A stretch of 64,000 nt of DNA, taken from positions 140,134 through 204,133 of the forward strand of contig CBDDRC010000012.1 in the NCBI GenBank assembly GCA_965232985.1, read 5' to 3'. The translations under genes and the position numbers were made by a program. The stretch comes from an uncultured bacterium. GTDB taxonomy: Bacteria; Pseudomonadota; Gammaproteobacteria; Pseudomonadales; JADFDG01. Shown piece after piece: positions 62,024 through 64,000 of this stretch. A model generated the notes under the pieces. It was given only the letters and a program-made list of their open reading frames with translations. It did no database searches and was not told the DNA's origin. Within the stretch, counting starts at the first letter, position 1; each line of letters opens with the position of its first letter.

Positions 62024-62051
62024 GGGTTCACGCTCGTTTGCATGCTTTTTC

Positions 62052-62720
62052 TCACACCTGGTCCGGTGTACGCAGGTTGGTGACGGCGATGCACTCGGCT
62101 CGCTTGCGTTCGCGTTCCGCCGGCATCTCGGCGCGATACACGCCCTGGTCGCCGACCACCCACGACAGCGGGCGACGCTCCTTGCCGATCGAATCCTGCA
62201 GCAACATCAGGCCCTGCAGGAAAGCTTCCGGGCGTGGCGGGCAGCCGGGAATGTAGACATCGACGGGCAGAAATTTGTCGACACCCTGCACCACGGAATA
62301 GATGTCATACATGCCGCCGGAGTTGGCGCAGGCGCCCATCGAGATCACCCACTTCGGTTCGAGCATCTGTTCATACAAGCGCTGAATGACAGGCGCCATC
62401 TTGATGAAGCAGGTGCCGGCGATGACCATCAGATCCGCCTGGCGTGGCGAGGCACGAATGACTTCTGCACCGAAGCGGGCGATATCGTGCGGCGTGGTGA
62501 AGGCCGTGGCCATTTCCACATAGCAACAGGACAGCCCGAAGTTGTACGGCCACAGTGAATTCTTGCGGCCCCAGTTCACGGCGTCGTGCGCCATGTCTTC
62601 GAGCTTGCCCATATAGATGCTGCGATGGACATGGTCGGCGGCGGGATCGTCGACCTGCTGCTGGGCTTGGGGATAACGACCGGCCGCGTTGGGGTCGATC
62701 CGGGTGAGTGTGTATTTCAT
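62052..62720 (-). CDS. nuoB: NADH-quinone oxidoreductase subunit B
   Basis: [38 protein letters not shown]. Confidence 0.97.
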   Translation of the reverse strand: MKYTLTRIDPNAAGRYPQAQQQVDDPAADHVHRSIYMGKLEDMAHDAVNWGRKNSLWPYNFGLSCCYVEMATAFTTPHDIARFGAEVIRASPRQADLMVIAGTCFIKMAPVIQRLYEQMLEPKWVISMGACANSGGMYDIYSVVQGVDKFLPVDVYIPGCPPRPEAFLQGLMLLQDSIGKERRPLSWVVGDQGVYRAEMPAERERKRAECIAVTNLRTPDQV

Positions 62721-62736
62721 GGCGAAGACACCCCGC

Positions 62737-63174
62737 TCAGGGCGATGGCGTGATGGATGGGGAGGCGGCGGCTTCCTGCCGGGCCTTGCGCTGGCGCTTT
62801 GCCGGCGCCCAGTCCAGCGCGCCGATCCGCCACAGGTAAACAAGGCCGAGCAGCAGCTCGGCGGCGAAAATGGATACGACGACGAACCCGGCCCAGCCCG
62901 CCTCGCGGACCGACACCGCCCAGGCATAGAGGAACAGGGCCTCAACATCGAAGATCACGAAGAACATCGCGATCAGGTAGAACTTGGCGGAGAGCCGCAG
63001 GCGGGCACCGCCGACCGACACCACGCCCGACTCGAAGGGCTCATCCTTGGCGCGGCCCCAGGTGCGGCCGCCGAGCCATACCGGCAGGCCCACCATGAAC
63101 GCGCAGATGAAGGCGACGAGGAACAGGTAGACACCGAGGGACCAGTACTGCGCAAGGGTTTCAGTCGGCGACAC
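62737..63174 (-). CDS. nuoA: NADH-quinone oxidoreductase subunit A
   Basis: [25 protein letters not shown]; GTG start with GGGAG RBS. Confidence 0.94.
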   Translation of the reverse strand: MSPTETLAQYWSLGVYLFLVAFICAFMVGLPVWLGGRTWGRAKDEPFESGVVSVGGARLRLSAKFYLIAMFFVIFDVEALFLYAWAVSVREAGWAGFVVVSIFAAELLLGLVYLWRIGALDWAPAKRQRKARQEAAASPSITPSP

Positions 63175-63372
63175 GTCAGCGACTCCCGTCTCGGCGTTGA
63201 GCGGTGATACACGATGCGGTTGCCTGAATATCAGGGTCGTAAGGGTACCGGGCGGCGCGGATGATACGCGGCCCGTGCAGGGCTGTAAATTTGTGATGAC
63301 CGGGGGGTGGGCTTTTCCGGCGCCGGCAGCCGGGCCGGTCACGCGCGCGCAGCAAGCGGCTGCGCGCCCAGC

Positions 63373-63999
63373 TCATGTGTACCGCGCTGCCGGCAGTTCG
63401 TGCAGCATGCTGTCGATATGATCGGCGAGGCCGCGGCGCTGGCGCGCCGACAGATACGGAATGCTCCGGTGGGTCATCCCGCGCATGGCGCTGCGGGCTA
63501 CCGCGATGCCGCCGTCAGCGGCCTTGCGGATCACGAAACCGAACTGCATCAGATCCCGGGGCGCTTCCAGCAGCGAGTGCAGAACCGCATCGGTGAGTGC
63601 GTCCAGTGCCTGCACCGTGCGGGCGGCGTCGTACGGGGCGTTGGCATCGCGCAGGTGCGCGCAGACGGCGCGCAACTCGGCCGCGAAGGAATCGTCGACC
63701 GGAAAACCGATCCAGGGTTGCGGCTGGCCATGGGCGTCGTCGATGTCCATCAGCACGGTGCGGAAATAGCGCATCGCCCGCATCAGCTTGTCGTTGCTCA
63801 ACATGCCGCTGAGTAACCGGCAGAAGCCGCCGATATAGTCGTCGAGATAGCGGAGCGTCTTGTGGATCTCGGCGCTTGGCCGGTCCGGACGCTGCAGGCG
63901 CTGCACCAGATCGACGACCATCACCTGCAGCACTTCGCGGGCAGCAGTTTCCAGCACGCGGGCAGCGAGTGATTTCTGCGCTTCGCGCGTGCCGGATTC
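63373..63999 (-). CDS. hypothetical protein, 5' end beyond the window
   Basis: frame stays open from the window edge to the stop at 63373; helical protein-like composition; no recognised motif. Confidence 0.65.
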   Translation of the reverse strand, partial: ESGTREAQKSLAARVLETAAREVLQVMVVDLVQRLQRPDRPSAEIHKTLRYLDDYIGGFCRLLSGMLSNDKLMRAMRYFRTVLMDIDDAHGQPQPWIGFPVDDSFAAELRAVCAHLRDANAPYDAARTVQALDALTDAVLHSLLEAPRDLMQFGFVIRKAADGGIAVARSAMRGMTHRSIPYLSARQRRGLADHIDSMLHELPAARYT

Positions 64000-64000
64000 G

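Overview
64-kb window from a high-GC gammaproteobacterial chromosome. It holds housekeeping blocks: fabF-pabC-mltG-tmk-holB-pilZ-tatD, the etf/ETF-QO locus, a truncated leucine-degradation (liu) cluster with acetoacetate-CoA ligase, rraA, mdh, and a complete nuoA-N operon with fused nuoCD. The most notable region is a ~14-kb guanidine locus (29.8-44.1 kb). It carries four guanidine riboswitches read directly from the sequence (two class I/ykkC, two class II/mini-ykkC), three sigma-54 promoters and NtrC-like boxes. It encodes the known guanidine carboxylase pathway: ABC transporter, CgdA/CgdB, an Asp-type carboxylase and allophanate hydrolase. Inserted in its middle on the opposite strand is an uncharacterised four-gene operon: a membrane di-iron desaturase-like enzyme, an MBL-fold hydrolase, a TIM-barrel enzyme and an EamA transporter. 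That operon has its own sigma-54 promoter and guanidine-II riboswitch, making it a candidate new guanidine or guanidino-compound pathway. Other points of interest are a GGA-rich candidate Csr/Rsm-type sRNA, a PruR-like periplasmic protein paired with a hybrid histidine kinase, and a lower-GC cassette (acyl-CoA dehydrogenase, Cys-less thiolase-fold protein, DUF35, two MaoC proteins). No tRNA, rRNA, CRISPR array, transposase or integrase was recognised. All calls come from reading the sequence and motifs by eye; no database searches were run.
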